From Octopus sinensis (lineage: Eukaryota), in assembly GCF_006345805.1 (NCBI RefSeq), contig NC_043006.1:22010001-22074000 (forward strand): a stretch of 64,000 nt of DNA, read 5' to 3'. The translations under genes were made by a program, and so were the position numbers. The notes beneath the pieces are model-generated. The model had not been told where the DNA came from. It worked only from the letters and a program-made list of their open reading frames with translations, and did not search any database. The stretch's first letter is position 1. Each line of letters begins with the position of its first letter. This document shows positions 50,281 to 63,302 of the stretch, one piece after another.

Positions 50281-52088
50281 ATCATCATCATCATCACTAT
50301 TATCATTTAATATTTGGCATAGATTGGATGGTTTGATATCAAATGAGCCAGAGGATTGGGTCAAAACTCCTTTCTATTTTAGGCATGGTTTCCACAGCTA
50401 GACGCCCTTCCTAATGCCAACCACTTTATAAAGTGTACTGGGTGCTTTTTTCATGACACTGGTATTAGGGAGGTCATCTATTAATTTATGAGATAAAGGA
50501 AAAGAGCCCTTGACAGAGTAGAACTGTAATAAAGGTAACTTTATGCTGGATGTTGAGATGCTTAAGTATGATAGAGGAACAGATACAATTGTCTTACCAT
50601 AGGGGCAATAAATAGTTATCCTGCATTATACAAAAATGGATGGGAGTATCTGTAAAGAAGATAATGATAGTAGTGACAAAGTGTCACAAAAAAAAAAAGA
50701 AAATGGCTGTATGATAGGTTGGCACAAAATTGCTTACAAGCCTGTAGGATGATGGAAGCCCTTCTATTAATTCGTTTGTACTCTAAAGGGTTTAGATTTG
50801 CCCCAACCCACTCCAACCTTTGGACCTCAAGTACACTGTCTCCACTATTTTTGTTGCTATTTGTGCGGTGTCTGTTCTTTAGAGCTGACTAGTCTTGTAC
50901 CATCTCTACTCACCCACTTATCTCTCCTTCCATCACCTATGTAGTTTCCCCATCTAGTCCTCTACTAGCCACTATATCAGAATGTCAGTCCTAGAAATTC
51001 CTACAAATGTCCAAGGTGAAACAGCATAAAGAAGCTTGCCATGGTCATGTATATTACCTTTCCTTCTATGACTAACTTACTAAAAAAATTAATACTGATT
51101 CACTGATTTGTCATCGGCTGGTTGTCTTGTAAACCTCATCAACTTCCCCAACTGTACTCTTTGTTTAAATAATAGACTGGATTTCTTTGTCTGACCTATT
51201 CTTAAGAAAGTATGTCGCAGTCATGACGTAGACACCAAATATTGCATCAGTTTTGGCAATTCTTCAACAAACGAAAATATTCTCTTCAAATGAAGAAAAA
51301 CAATAGAAACCAGTTATTTATTATAAGACATTGATAGCCTAAGAGTATTGATTATTTCTGTATAGATCAGTGTTTTTCTTGGTTTCATTCAATTTATAGC
51401 TTTTAGTGTGATGTTTTCACTACAACTCCTTGAATATTGATTAACATACTGAGAAATTTTTTTTTTCTTTTTCTGAGAGGATCTTGTACACATTTGCCAA
51501 CTAATTGTGTATATATTTTAATGTGCAATGACAGGAGGCATGGTCATGTCTTCTGAGTCATTATTTAAAAGCGGCTGACAATTGTCTTCATAATGTACTA
51601 TGATAATAATAAGACAAAGAGAAAGAGCGGCAAATAATGAGAGGGAGGAGTAAGAGAGTAAAATAAGAAAAAATACAAAGGCACAATAGTAGGATGCAAG
51701 AGAGAGAGAGAGAGATGGTAAAAGGAAGAGACACTTGCCTGCAACAGTAAGGCCTATACATACAAGACTTATTAAACTTAGCACACACACACATACATAC
51801 ACATGCACACACACACACACACAGGCACTCACACATAAAACAAAGCCCCTTCCCTCTCACATCTCATAGTAATTAAGTACACATCACAAACGCAACACCT
51901 GAACAAAAGAACACTTATATGATGTACGTAATTTTATGAATGAAAACCTGGCTAAATTAGTTTAACACTAAAAGTACTAACATTTTTTTTCTTCCTACAA
52001 AGACCATAAGTAGCCATTTTTGACCAGCGTTGAAAATCTTTATTCTAAATATTAGCTGATGCAGTGAATAAATGCATTTCATCAACAT

Positions 52089-52490
52089 TGGCGCAGGAGT
52101 GGCTGTGTGGTAAGTAGCTTGTCTACCAATCACATGGTTCCGGGTTCAGTCCCACTGCGTGGCACCTTGGGCAAGTGTCTTCTACTATAGCCTCGGGCCG
52201 ACCAAAGCCTTGTGAGTGGATTTGGTAGACGGAAACTGAAAGAAGCCCGTCGTATATATGTATATATATATATATATATATATGCGTGTGTCTGTGTTTG
52301 TCCCCTAGCATTGCTTGACAACTGATGCTGGTGTGTTTATGTCCCCGTTACTTAGTGGTTTGGCAAAAGAGACCGATAGAATAAGTACTGGGCTTACAAA
52401 AGAATAAGTGCCGGGCTCGAGTTGCTCGATTAAAGGCGGTGCTCCAGCATGGCTGCAGTCAAATGACTGAAACAAATAAAAGAGAGTAAA
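52089..52490 (+). mobile_element. SINE family A
   Basis: Family head and tail motifs. Confidence 0.85.
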
Positions 52491-52529
52491 AGAAAAAAGA
52501 GAGTATATATACATATACAACATATACAC

Positions 52530-53120
52530 TTTTTTTGCATAGAACTAAGAATGTAGACAATCTTTCTTTTCTTTGCTTTATAAACTGTCATTGAGCATCC
52601 TGAGAAAAGGGGCTTATCTTTCATCATCTTTTCTGTTGAAGGGACTTCTCTTCGTTGTTTTCTGATTGTCCCTAAAAGGCTTGTCTTTTCCTCCTTGAAA
52701 TTTTTGGCAAGCTTTAGGCTAGTGAAATAATTATCGGTTATAACATTGTAACCCTTTTTGAACAAAGGTTTCATGAGTGAAAGGATTTGCTGAAAGATCC
52801 TTTTCTTTCTTATGTTCTGGTTCTTTTCAAAGATATGGTTTTTCATTGCAAAGGTATTTTGAATCAGCATCAACCAAGAGACAAAACTTTATACCATATT
52901 TATCTGACTAACATGGCATACATTGATTGGAAGGACACCTTTGTACATGGGAATATTTTTGCTCATCAATTCTCAAATCAGTGTTTGCAGTATAGAATTT
53001 TTGACAATTTTCAATAAATGAAACTCATATCCCAGAAGTCAAGCAAAATTTGTTTCTGTCTTCTTTCATTTCGAGTAGAAATATTATCAAATTGAAGGTG
53101 TTTCATGATTTTTTTCATAT
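52530..53120 (-). pseudogene. piggyBac transposase relic
   Basis: GYNVITDNYFTSLKLA...LLGTIRKQRREVP...IVYILSSM matches the piggyBac DDD domain. Frameshifted. Confidence 0.85.
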
Positions 53121-53142
53121 CTATGCCTACTCAGTGAATTAA

Positions 53143-53361
53143 TCCTTTAGTGTTCAGATTATTCTATCAAACATAATGTTTATTGATTCACATTGATTTG
53201 AATTAATCATGCATTATCCTATATCTTCAAGATCTTGATGGTGTAATTACCTAATGTAGAATAACATTGTAGGGTAGGTGTGAGAGCCTGGATGTGGTCA
53301 GTTTGAACATAAAACAGATTAAATATTTTGGCAGGATATGGCCGGTTTAAATACTAAAGGG
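53143..53361. mobile_element. TTAA-flanked piggyBac-like MITE
   Basis: TTAA-tcctttag...ctaaaggg-TTAA. Related copy at ~47727-47920. Confidence 0.65.
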
Positions 53362-53369
53362 TTAAAGAA

Positions 53370-54470
53370 AATTTGGTGCCCCCTATTCTTTGCTCTATAA
53401 TTGTTTGAGTGTCTGTGGGTCTGAATGTTTTTGTACTTGTGAGTCCTTTACTGGTGATCCTGCTGGTGAATTTTCCCCGTTTCTTGTTATAGGTTGGGTT
53501 ACCTCTTCCATTGCTTCGTACTTCTTCAGTTCCACTATCATTGGTGACTTCCTCCTCCCTCTTTTTCTTTGCTTTCACCTCTTCAAAATCACTGTCTTGT
53601 TCTGTTATCTGTTTCTGCTGTTTCTCCATCATTATATTCTCCTGAATACTCTCATCTACAATTTCCACTGCTGCTCTAGGGCATTTTTTTTCAAGTGCCC
53701 TCTTTCACCACCACATTCATAACACTTTGGGGGTCTCCCCTCCAACATTATCTCTAGCTTTTCTTCATTTGGTAGCTCTAAAGTTTCAGGTATTTCGTTG
53801 CAATATTTCTGGCTCACTGCACAAATCATATCTAATCTGTAGCCCCGTTCAGCTTATCATGCCTATCTTCACCTCCTCACTTTCTTTCCTTATCTACGAA
53901 TAAAAAATCGCCACTATTATCCACTCTGGATCTATCGATGGTGGGATTCTTCCCACTCTAATTCTGACAATCTGTTTATCCAAACAGTTTGGCATCAGTG
54001 TCCATTTCCTCTCCCTGTATCATCCTGTTGGAGGATTTTTCCACCTCCTCTTCTGATAGAAGGTTACCAATATAGATGCGTATCTCTTTCCTCTTGTAAA
54101 GAACACTATACTGTCTCCTATATATCTTTCCAAAATTTCTTCTATTTCTTCCTGCGGCACTTTTTCAATTCTTCTGTTTTTATTTGAAAATGTTCCGAAT
54201 ATTACTGTCTTCTTTTCCATTTTCACTTTTTCCTCCTCTGGTAGGGTCAGTTTTACATTTGACCCTTCCTTCTCCACCATACTACTATATTTTTTCTATT
54301 AGCTCACTTTTGCATTCTACCATCTCTTGTTTCAGCACACTTGGGTCTAGGGGAACTCAACCTCCAGTAGCTTCTGGATAACTTCTTTTTTTTCTCAATT
54401 ATTCACTACCACCCAACAATGTTGGCTTTGCACAAAAAAATTCTGCTAGAGTTCTTCAAAAACAACAAAA
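53370..54470 (-). pseudogene. Decayed ORF1/gag-like (CCHC zinc knuckle) retroelement, copy 1
   Basis: ORFs 54020-54280 and 53354-53668 are homologous to copy 2. Knuckle CYECGERGH at ~53695-53725. Confidence 0.75.
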
Positions 54471-54489
54471 CAAGTGACATGTTAGCTTA

Positions 54490-56360
54490 ATTCTTTATTA
54501 CAAGCACAAGGCCTAATTAAAGAGGGGACATACAAAGACATACAAGAACGAAATACACAAGAAGGATGAATGTGAAATGAATAAAATTACAATGCAAATG
54601 AGACGGCCATCTTGCTCCCATTGCGAGATGAAACTGTGGATTCCTTTTCCTGAAAACCTTTACATTTTACATAACAACTTCTAACCTTGCTCCGAGGCGA
54701 AACCACAACTGCTGTTTTCGTTTTTACCATACAATTATAAAACCTTTTAAACAAATGTTCATAGAGGATTTATTTGTTTTCTTTTCCTTTTTTAAACCAA
54801 AGAGTCAACCAAATGCTTTTCACAGTATTTTAAAAAAACTTTTGGAAACCTGTTCAATCACAGTTGCAAAATTTATTGTTTTTCCTTTTTTTCTTTTTGT
54901 TTTTTCATGTTGTCTATATTTCTGCTGTTTTTGAATTTCTTGTAATTGCATCTGTGTTCGTGTATTTGTGTGTCTGTGTATTCATTTGACTGTAATTCTA
55001 TGTGTTTCACCTGTATGTCTGTGTCTTTAGGCTTCTGTAATTCTGGGTTGTCTTGTTTCTGGTCTGAATGACTCTGTACTTGTAAGTCCTTTACTGGTAA
55101 ATTTTCTCCGTTTCTCATCGTTGGTTGGCTTTCCTCTTCCATTGCTTTACACTCCTTCGATTCCACTGTCGTTGGTGACTTCCTTCTCTCTCTTTTCCTT
55201 GATTTCACCTCCACGAAATTCCCGTCATGTTCTGTTTTCTGTTTCTGCTTTTTTTCTACCATAATATCTTCGTGAATACTCTCTTCTACCATTTCCACTG
55301 CTGCTCTAGGGCATTTCCTTCTCAAGTGCCCTCTTTCACCACATCTGTAACACTTTGGGGGTCTCCCCTTCAACATTATTTCCAGCTTTTCTCCATTTGA
55401 TAATTCCAAAATTTCTGCCATTTTGTGGTAATATTTCAGGCTCACTGCACAGTTTATCTGTATACCTATTTCTTTATTACCCACAAGGGGCTAAATATAG
55501 AGGGGACAAACAAGGACAGACATAGGTATTAAGTCGATTACATCGACCCCAGTGTGTAACTGGTACTTAATTTATCGACCCCGAAAGGATGAAAGGCAAA
55601 GTCGACCTCGGCGGAATTTGAACTCACAACGTAACACAGACGAAATACCGCTAAGCATTTCGCCCGGCGTGCTAACGTTTCTGCCAGCTCGCCGCCTTGT
55701 TCATCTGTATACCATAGCCCCATCATTTCATTTGTTGTATTTGGCTTATTATGCCAATCTTCGGGTCTTCACTTCCCTTCCTCAGCTCTGAATTAAAAAT
55801 TGCAGCCATTACCCATTCTGGGTCTATCGACAGTGGGATTCTCCCCACCCTGATCTTAACGATTTTTTTGCCCAAACAGTTTGGCATTAACGTCCATTTC
55901 TCTCCAAATATCAGCCTGTTGTTGTTTATTTTCACCTCCTCTTCTGATGCAAAGGTTACTATTATAGTTGCATATTTCCTTCCTCTTGTAAAGAAAGTTG
56001 TCCCTTTACCTATTTGTTCCTTTAATATTTCCTCTATCTCTTCCTGCGGCACGTGTTCTATTCTCCTATTTTCATTCGAAAATGTTCTGAATATGACCGT
56101 CTTGTTTTCCATGTTTCTTTTTCCTCCTCTGGCAGGGTCATTTTTATGCTTGACCCTTCTTTTTCTATCATACCATAATATTTGGCTATCTTCTCATTCC
56201 ACTCCATCTTCTTCAGCCTAAGCACACTTGGGTCTATAGCATCTTGACCTCCAGTAGCCTTTGCATAACTCTTCATTTTTTTCAATTGTTTCACTGCTGC
56301 CCAACAATGGTGGCTTCGCTCAAAAATTTGGCTAGACTCCTCCCAAAAAGCAACAAGAAA
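54490..56360 (-). mobile_element. ORF1-only L1/Tx1-related element, copy 2 (SINE-interrupted)
   Basis: KIRVGRIPLSIDPEWVMAAI...GRPPKCYRCGERGHLRRKCP. Followed by a ~380-nt 3' region ending tgtcccctct...ccttgtgcttgtaataaagaa. No RT present. Confidence 0.75.
55467..55697 (-). mobile_element. SINE family B, full length, ~15-bp TSD
   Basis: TSD gtttatctgtatacc / gttcatctgtatacc. Confidence 0.9.
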
Positions 56361-56371
56361 CAAAGTGGGTT

Positions 56372-56890
56372 GCTAGCTGTTGATGCTTATTCGCCTCTCA
56401 AAACTTATAGAATTTCAAGTGAAATAAATTCACTGATTTACAAAATTAGAAATATTGCATTTCTAAATATCTCAGGGAGACTTATACAGTAGCAGCAGGA
56501 TAAAGTGATGGTTTTTTGCCAACTTAATGTGGCAATCCCAGGAAATGGAAGAATGCTACTGCTATTTCGCCCCAGGAAGCATTGTTTCCAGTTGGCTATG
56601 TGTCACAAACGTTCTGTGTCCTTAAGTTTTCAAACAGGGGAGATAAGCATCTCCACCCAGCAAAGCCAGCATTCAGAGACTAGTTCCAGAGTTGTTGCTC
56701 TTCATCAATCTGGAGTAGCTTGGCTTGCTAATTTTGTAGATCAGTGAATTTATTCCACTTGAAATTCTATAAGTTTTCAAAGGCAAATAACTATCGACAG
56801 CTAGCACATTAAGTTGGTAACAAACCATCACTTTATCATGATGCTGCTGTATAAGTCTATTTGAGAGATTTAGAAATGCAATATTTCTAA
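56372..56890. mobile_element. Penelope-like element with inverted segments and a degenerate hammerhead (56674-56712, minus)
   Basis: Arrangement X-Y-Z-X'-Y'. Minus strand reads CAGA-uUGAUGA-AGAG(CAACAA)CUCU-GgAA-CUAG-UC-UCUG. Confidence 0.6.
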
Positions 56891-58593
56891 TCTCTATTTA
56901 TAAAACTGAAATGTGAAAAGTTTGTTTGTTTGTCTGGAACGTTTTCAAGGCCACTAGATACCGTCGGATTGACTCCAAAATTTACAGGGACATGTAAAAT
57001 GAGGTGAGGGTGTTAGTGGGCTAGGTTAGAAATCCCTATCTTAAAAGGTGTCGTTGCTACGTCCAAAAACGCACTTTGACAAGTCGACTCCCATTCTTTT
57101 ATGTATCTGTCTTCCTCTGTCACTCACTCTATTTCCTCCCTTCCCATCACTTTCTATATATAACGTTGATAACGGCGTCTAACTCCCCTTCACTTTCTCT
57201 TTATAGCTTCGTCAAACGGCGTTCTATATCTCAATTTTTCAATTTTATATTTTATATATTTTGTATATTATATTTTTATTTTTATGTTTTTGTTTTTTGT
57301 TTTTCACTGTTTGATTTGCCTATTAGTGGTTTTATCTCTAATTTAATTTATACATATATATAATATGTATATATAATGCATGCACACACACACACACACA
57401 CATATATATACATATATATCATCATCATCATAATCGTTTAACGTCCGTTCTCCATGCTAGCATGGGTTGGACGGTTCGACCGGGGATCTGGGAAGCCAGA
57501 AGGCTGCACCAGGCTCCAGTCTTATCTGGCAATGTTTCTACAGCTGGATGCCCTTCCTAACGCCAACCATTCCGTGAGTGTAGTGGGTGCTTTTTACGTG
57601 TCACCTGCACAGGTGCCAGGCGAGGCTGGCAACGGCCACGGTCGGATTGGTGTATTTTATGTGCCACCGGCACGGAAGCCAGTCGAGGTGGCGCTGGCAT
57701 CGGCCACGAGTCGGATAGTGCCATCCATGATGAAGAAGTTTTGAATGCTTGCCATGGTGAGTCTACTGTTGTGAGAAAGAATCACTTCAAAACTTGGTGT
57801 TTAGGAATTTTCTTTTACATCAAGTTCAAAATTTTACGCCAGCCGTTAAACTGTCAATACGTTGCTGTCCGTGTTAAGAAATGACAGCCATGGTGACTCT
57901 ACTATCCTCAGATTCTATCCCTTCAAACTTTGGTTTCCAATATTTTATTTTTATTCAGCTCGCAAGTTCGTCTGTCCCTTTTAAATGTTAGTGTTTCGCT
58001 GTCTGCCCTGAAGCAGACCTTTCCGTTGCCACTGCCTGATATTTATGATTGATCTTTCTAAATATTTTATTTCTCAACTTACTCAAGATCTTTTGTTGTT
58101 TATAAATGGGAGAGAGATAGAATAAGATAGAGAGTAAGAGAAAGCGAGGGATTGTCCGAGAGAAAAGAAAAGTAAGAGTGGGAAAGTGAGAGAGAAAGGA
58201 GAGAGAAACAAAGAGGAAGAATCATCATCATCTTCATCGTTTAACGTCCGTTTTCCGTGCTAGCATGGGTTGGACAGTTTGACTGGGGTCTGGGAAGCCA
58301 GGAGGCTGCACCAGGCTCCAGTCTGATCTGGCAGTGTTTCTACAGGTGGATGCCCTCCCTAACGCCAACCACTCTGTGAGTGTAGTGGGTGCTTTTTTCA
58401 TGCCGCCGGCACAGGTGCCAGGGGGGCTGGCAGTGGCCATGATTGGTTGGTTCTTTTTACGTGCCACCAGCACAGAAGTCAGTCAAGGCTACAATCGGCC
58501 ACGTTCGTATGGTGCTTTTTACGTGCTGAAAGGAAGCAACAGAAAGTAACAACCACACTCTTACCCGCGCGCAGAGCGGGTCACCTTTAGCTA

Positions 58594-58594
<1 letters not shown>
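56891..58594 (+). mobile_element. Non-autonomous Helitron carrying nested RTE-related retroposons
   Basis: 5' A|TCtctatttataaaa plus (gttt)n. 3' hairpin acccgcgcgcagagcgggt then CTAG|T. Confidence 0.6.
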
Positions 58595-58638
<44 letters not shown>

Positions 58639-59124
58639 GGTGAGAGGAAGATGGTTTGGAAGGAAGGGAGGGACAGAGGTATGATCTTCTGGTGCAGGAG
58701 TGAGGCAGAGGCCTGTAGGAGTTTTCGGTATAAGGGAAGAGATTACTGGGATAAGAGAAGAGATTAGCAGTATAAGAGCAGGGATTTCCGGTACTGGTGG
58801 TGGGGGCGGGAAAGGGTGGCTGCATTGCAAACAAGATATATATATGCAACTCATACACTCCTCTCAATACCCTTTCTGCACCTTTGCATAGGCGTCTGAG
58901 CAGGTATCACCATGACAACTTTCTCTGTCATGGTCAATGTGATGGTCATATGCTACACACCTTCCTTCCAAACACTGCTGTAAACAGCAGAAGTGAGCTG
59001 AATTTTAAAACTTAGTGTGCATGCACAGCAGAGTTCAAGGTCAATCTTTGCCAAGCAGCTTCATTCTGTGTGCTTTAGTTTCGTTACTATGGCAACAGTC
59101 TAGATACTTATTGATCAGACCTGG

Positions 59125-59173
<49 letters not shown>

Positions 59174-60427
59174 CAGGCTTCCTTCACTTTCTGTCTGCCA
59201 AATCCACTCACAAGGCTTTGGTCGGCTTGAGGCTATAGTAGAAGAAACTTGCCTGACGTGTCACACATTTGGACTAAACCCCAGACCATGTGGTTGGGAA
59301 GCAAACTTCTTGCCACACAGCCACTCTTGCGCCTATGTATCATCATCATCATCATTTAACGTCCACACACAATGGGTGACCACACAGTTTTCATTTATCA
59401 AATTCACTCATAAGGCTTTGGTTGGTTCAGGGCTATAGTAAAGACATTTACTTAAGGTGCCACACAATGGCACTGGACCTAAAAACCACAATGGCTGCAA
59501 AGCAAATGTAGATAATAGTTGAACAAAGATTTTGTTTTTCATCAAAAATTAATATTTAAATCATCATCATTATCGTTTAACGTCTGGTTTCCAGGTATTT
59601 GTCTAGAAGTAAGAATAATCAGAGGTTGTAAATAGAAAGATATAAGGAATTTAGGTCAAGGTAACCCAAACTAATAGGTATGCTTTCTGAGTGCTCCAAT
59701 AGGTAATCCACTAAAATTCCAGTTAGAACAGCCACTGGAGTTGTGATTGTGTGAATGTCTTGTTAAAACCCCCCCCAAAAAAAACTGGCAATTGGTCGCT
59801 TACTTTTGAATGAGTAGGTATCGGTTAAAGTTGTGTGAAAGGCAAACAGTTAATCAAGGCAGGATTATGGCATTTAAACTCATTTAATTCAGTTTAAAAA
59901 TAGTAAAATAATACAAAATTGGCAAAGATAGTAGAGATCTTTTACTATCTTTACCAGTTTTGTATTATTTTACTATCTTTAGATTGAATTAAATTGATTT
60001 AAATGCCATAGTCTTGCCACAACTAATCATTTACCTTCCTCACTACTACTACTACTACTACACACACACACACACACACACACATTCTTTTATTCATTTA
60101 CTTGTTTCAGTCATTTGATTGCAGCCAATCCATGCTGGATATATAATGCACATGTCTGTTTAGTGAAAATAGCAGATAACTAAAAATAACAGCTTAATAA
60201 CTAGTAAGGGTAGTAAAATTAACAAGATCAGTAGACAAAGAAAGTGAGGTGGTGCTTATGACCTTTACGTGTCCTTCTAGACATGTAGGATTGTTGTAGC
60301 TGATGTTTAACCTAAACATCTGCAAGTCGTCTATGAAAAGGTAACTAGCTGGAAGTCTGTGTAACTGAATAGTTTAGTTATGCATGCACTAACTTAATGG
60401 TGTGCAGTGAGATTATACTAGTATTAA

Positions 60428-60658
60428 AGCGGCGAGCTGGCAGAAACGTTAGCATGCCGGGTGAAATGCGTAGCCGTATTTCGCCTGTCGTTACGTTCCG
60501 AGTTCAAATTCCGCTGAGGTCGACTTTGCCTTTCATCCTTTCGGGGTCGATAAATTAAGTACCAGTTAGGCACTGGGGTCGATATAATCGAGTTTATTCG
60601 TTTGTCTGTTCTTGTTTGTCCCCTCTGTGTGTAGACCCTTGTGGGTAGTAAAGAAACA
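60428..60658 (+). mobile_element. SINE family B with TSD tatactagtatt
   Basis: Family head, body and tail. Direct flanking repeat. Confidence 0.85.
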
Positions 60659-61447
60659 TATACTAGTATTGAGGGGGAGATAAAATTGATGAGCCAGGTA
60701 AGGGAAGCAGCTGAAAAGGAAAATGTTATGCTTTATGACACTGGCAATCAAGGACCTCCACGCCAATATCTGAGGATTCAATATTTTTCTTGGGACAGAC
60801 GTAGAATTAGTTTCCATTTGCCTTCTGCTAGTTTATTTCTAGTTCACTCTACTGCTCTCCTGCTCTCCCAAGCTTACACTTCAGGCATAAGGCCTTTTAA
60901 TCCTTAAGCAAAGGGCACTGGTTCGCATGAAATCAGGATTGTCCACACAATGGTGGGCCTCTTTGATACATATCTAGGAGCAAGCTCTCCTTAAGGATAC
61001 AACAAACCACCTGCTCTAATCCACTATCTTATGATTTTGAATCTAACACCTTAACCACTAGGCCACACAACACAAATCATCATCATCATTGTTTAACGTC
61101 CATTTTCTATGCTAGCATGGGTTGGACGGTTCGACCGGAGTCTGGGAAGCCAGGAGGCTGCACCAGGCCCAGTCTGATCTGGCAGTGTTTCTACAGCTGG
61201 ATGCCCTTCCTAACGCCAACCACTCCGTGGGTGTAGTGGGGACAATGAATAATAATGGTGGTATTAAGTATTAACTAATCTCACTCAAATGCTTTGGCAA
61301 TACCATATTCTTTCTTTGATCAAATAAAAGACTTAAGAAGCCATCTTTTGTCTGTTGTATTCTTCAATAAATGCATTATTGAATGTCTTTTTGTTTTCAT
61401 AAGTTAAATCTCTTTTTACTTTCTCAACTTCTCTTTTCTGTTTCCAG

Positions 61448-61558
61448 CATTTCTTTGGTCGTAAAAGGAACTGTTATTCTATTTCCATCCGCTATGTACA
61501 TAGAGCTTTACGTTATTCTACCTGGGGTAGACGGCTGAAAAAAGCTGATGCCAAAGAG
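61448..61558 (+). CDS. MRPL20: MRPL20 coding exon 2
   Basis: ttttctgtttccag acceptor, HFFGRKRNCYSISIRYVHRALRYSTWGRRLKKADAKE, GTAAG donor, phase 0. Confidence 0.93.
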
Positions 61559-62435
61559 GTAAGGTTATCAAAATTGTCACTTTATAATATATGTTGTTTA
61601 TCATCATCATCATTATCGTTACCACTTTACATCTGCTTTTGCATGTTGGCATGGGTTGGATGAGTCAGCATAATTTGAGTTGGTTCTTATTTAGAACTAC
61701 TACTCTGCTTGATGGGTCTGGAACCATCCTTACTTGTAGGGTTCCATTGTAGGTATGTTTTGTACAGCCAGAGGTCCTTTCAACCACTTTACAGATTGCA
61801 TAGCATCATCACTAAAAGTGTTGTGTCCAGGACAAGACCAGAGAGTCTTCCAGACCCTATGTTGACATCACTCCTTCACCAGCCACTTTACAAAATATAC
61901 TTAATGCTAGAGAGGCTGTCTTGTCCCTAATTTGACTAAAGAGTTCTCTCTAGCCTACATTGTTTCTATTACTGACATCAGAGAAGTTGTCTTACTCTAA
62001 CAAGACTAAAGAGAGTCTCTTCTTCCTTCTGTTGTCTTCCTTTCTTTCTATCTGTTACAACTGAATTGGAAAAGAGCCAGAGTAAAAGGAAAAAGGATGA
62101 TAGAAGAAAGAGTATCAGAAGAGAATCAGTGTGAGGGTGATAGAAGAGAGATGATAGTGGATGAAGGAGAGAGTGAGAGGATAATAAAAGAGTGAATAAT
62201 GAAGAAGATGAGGGATAGAGTTATGTGATGGTTGTTGGTAAGGTGATTGAATAGAATGACTGAGGGGGTAATAGAAGGGGGTGTCATGAAAGGAATAAAT
62301 TGAAAGGGTGTTAGTGAAAGGAGTAATGGAAAAGAGGAAAAAAATGATAAGCAGCTACATAACTGTTTCTGGTAAAGAGATTGAATAAAAGCTACATGAA
62401 TAAGAGGGTGAGAAAAAGAGAAAACAGAGTGAAAA

Positions 62436-62468
<33 letters not shown>

Positions 62469-62888
62469 AAGCGAGTGAGTGAGGAAGAGCTAGAAATTGT
62501 TAAGGAAATATTGTTTAAAATTTAGGGAAATATAGTTGTTTATCTTGTTTTATTACTCATGTTTGTGTATAACAAAATTATGAATAATACATTTTTCCAG
62601 AATGTTTCGTATTTAGTATGGATTTTCTGAAATCTTTAAATTATAGCTTTAAAAAATCCATGGAACAACTAAATACTACTTGCAGTGTGTAGTATTTGAG
62701 AACTACTGCAGCACAGTGTAATTTGAAAGGGAACTAGTTCTTATTTCTAGCTGACCTAGATATTTCCTCATTGGGCAGTCCTACATTAAATGTTGATATT
62801 TTATAACTTACAGCACAGCAGTTTTGTCTAAAATTCTTCATTTTTCTCAAAAGAAACAAATTTTTTTTTCCTTTCTGCACATTTTCAG

Positions 62889-62966
62889 TTATTTATGATC
62901 AGGCTCAATGCTGCTTGTCAAGAACATGGTATTGGATATTCACAATTGTTACAGGGTCTTGCTAGA
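62889..62966 (+). CDS. MRPL20: MRPL20 coding exon 3 (the last exon lies beyond the window)
   Basis: ttttcag acceptor, LFMIRLNAACQEHGIGYSQLLQGLAR (cf. L20 LWI.RI.AA..EHG..Y), GTGAG donor. Confidence 0.93.
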
Positions 62967-63004
62967 GTGAGTTTTTTTTTTCCTTGTTTAATTTTTGCTT
63001 TCAA

Positions 63005-63240
63005 ATTATTATTATTATTATTATTATTATTCAGTAGTTTTATTTTTATAGCGTGCTTTCACTTCACTACTATTATTATTATTTTATTATTATTATCATT
63101 ATTATTATTATTATTTTATTATTATTATCATTATTATTATTATTATTATATTATTATTATATTATTATTATTATTATTATATTATTATTATTATTATTAT
63201 ATTATTATTATTATTATATTATTATTTATTATTATTATTT
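63005..63240. repeat. (ATT)n microsatellite
   Basis: Imperfect trinucleotide tract. Confidence 0.95.
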
Positions 63241-63302
63241 CTTATAAGAAATATTAAATTTCTAAATATCTCATAGAGATATGTACGGTGGAGGGGCGAT
63301 AG

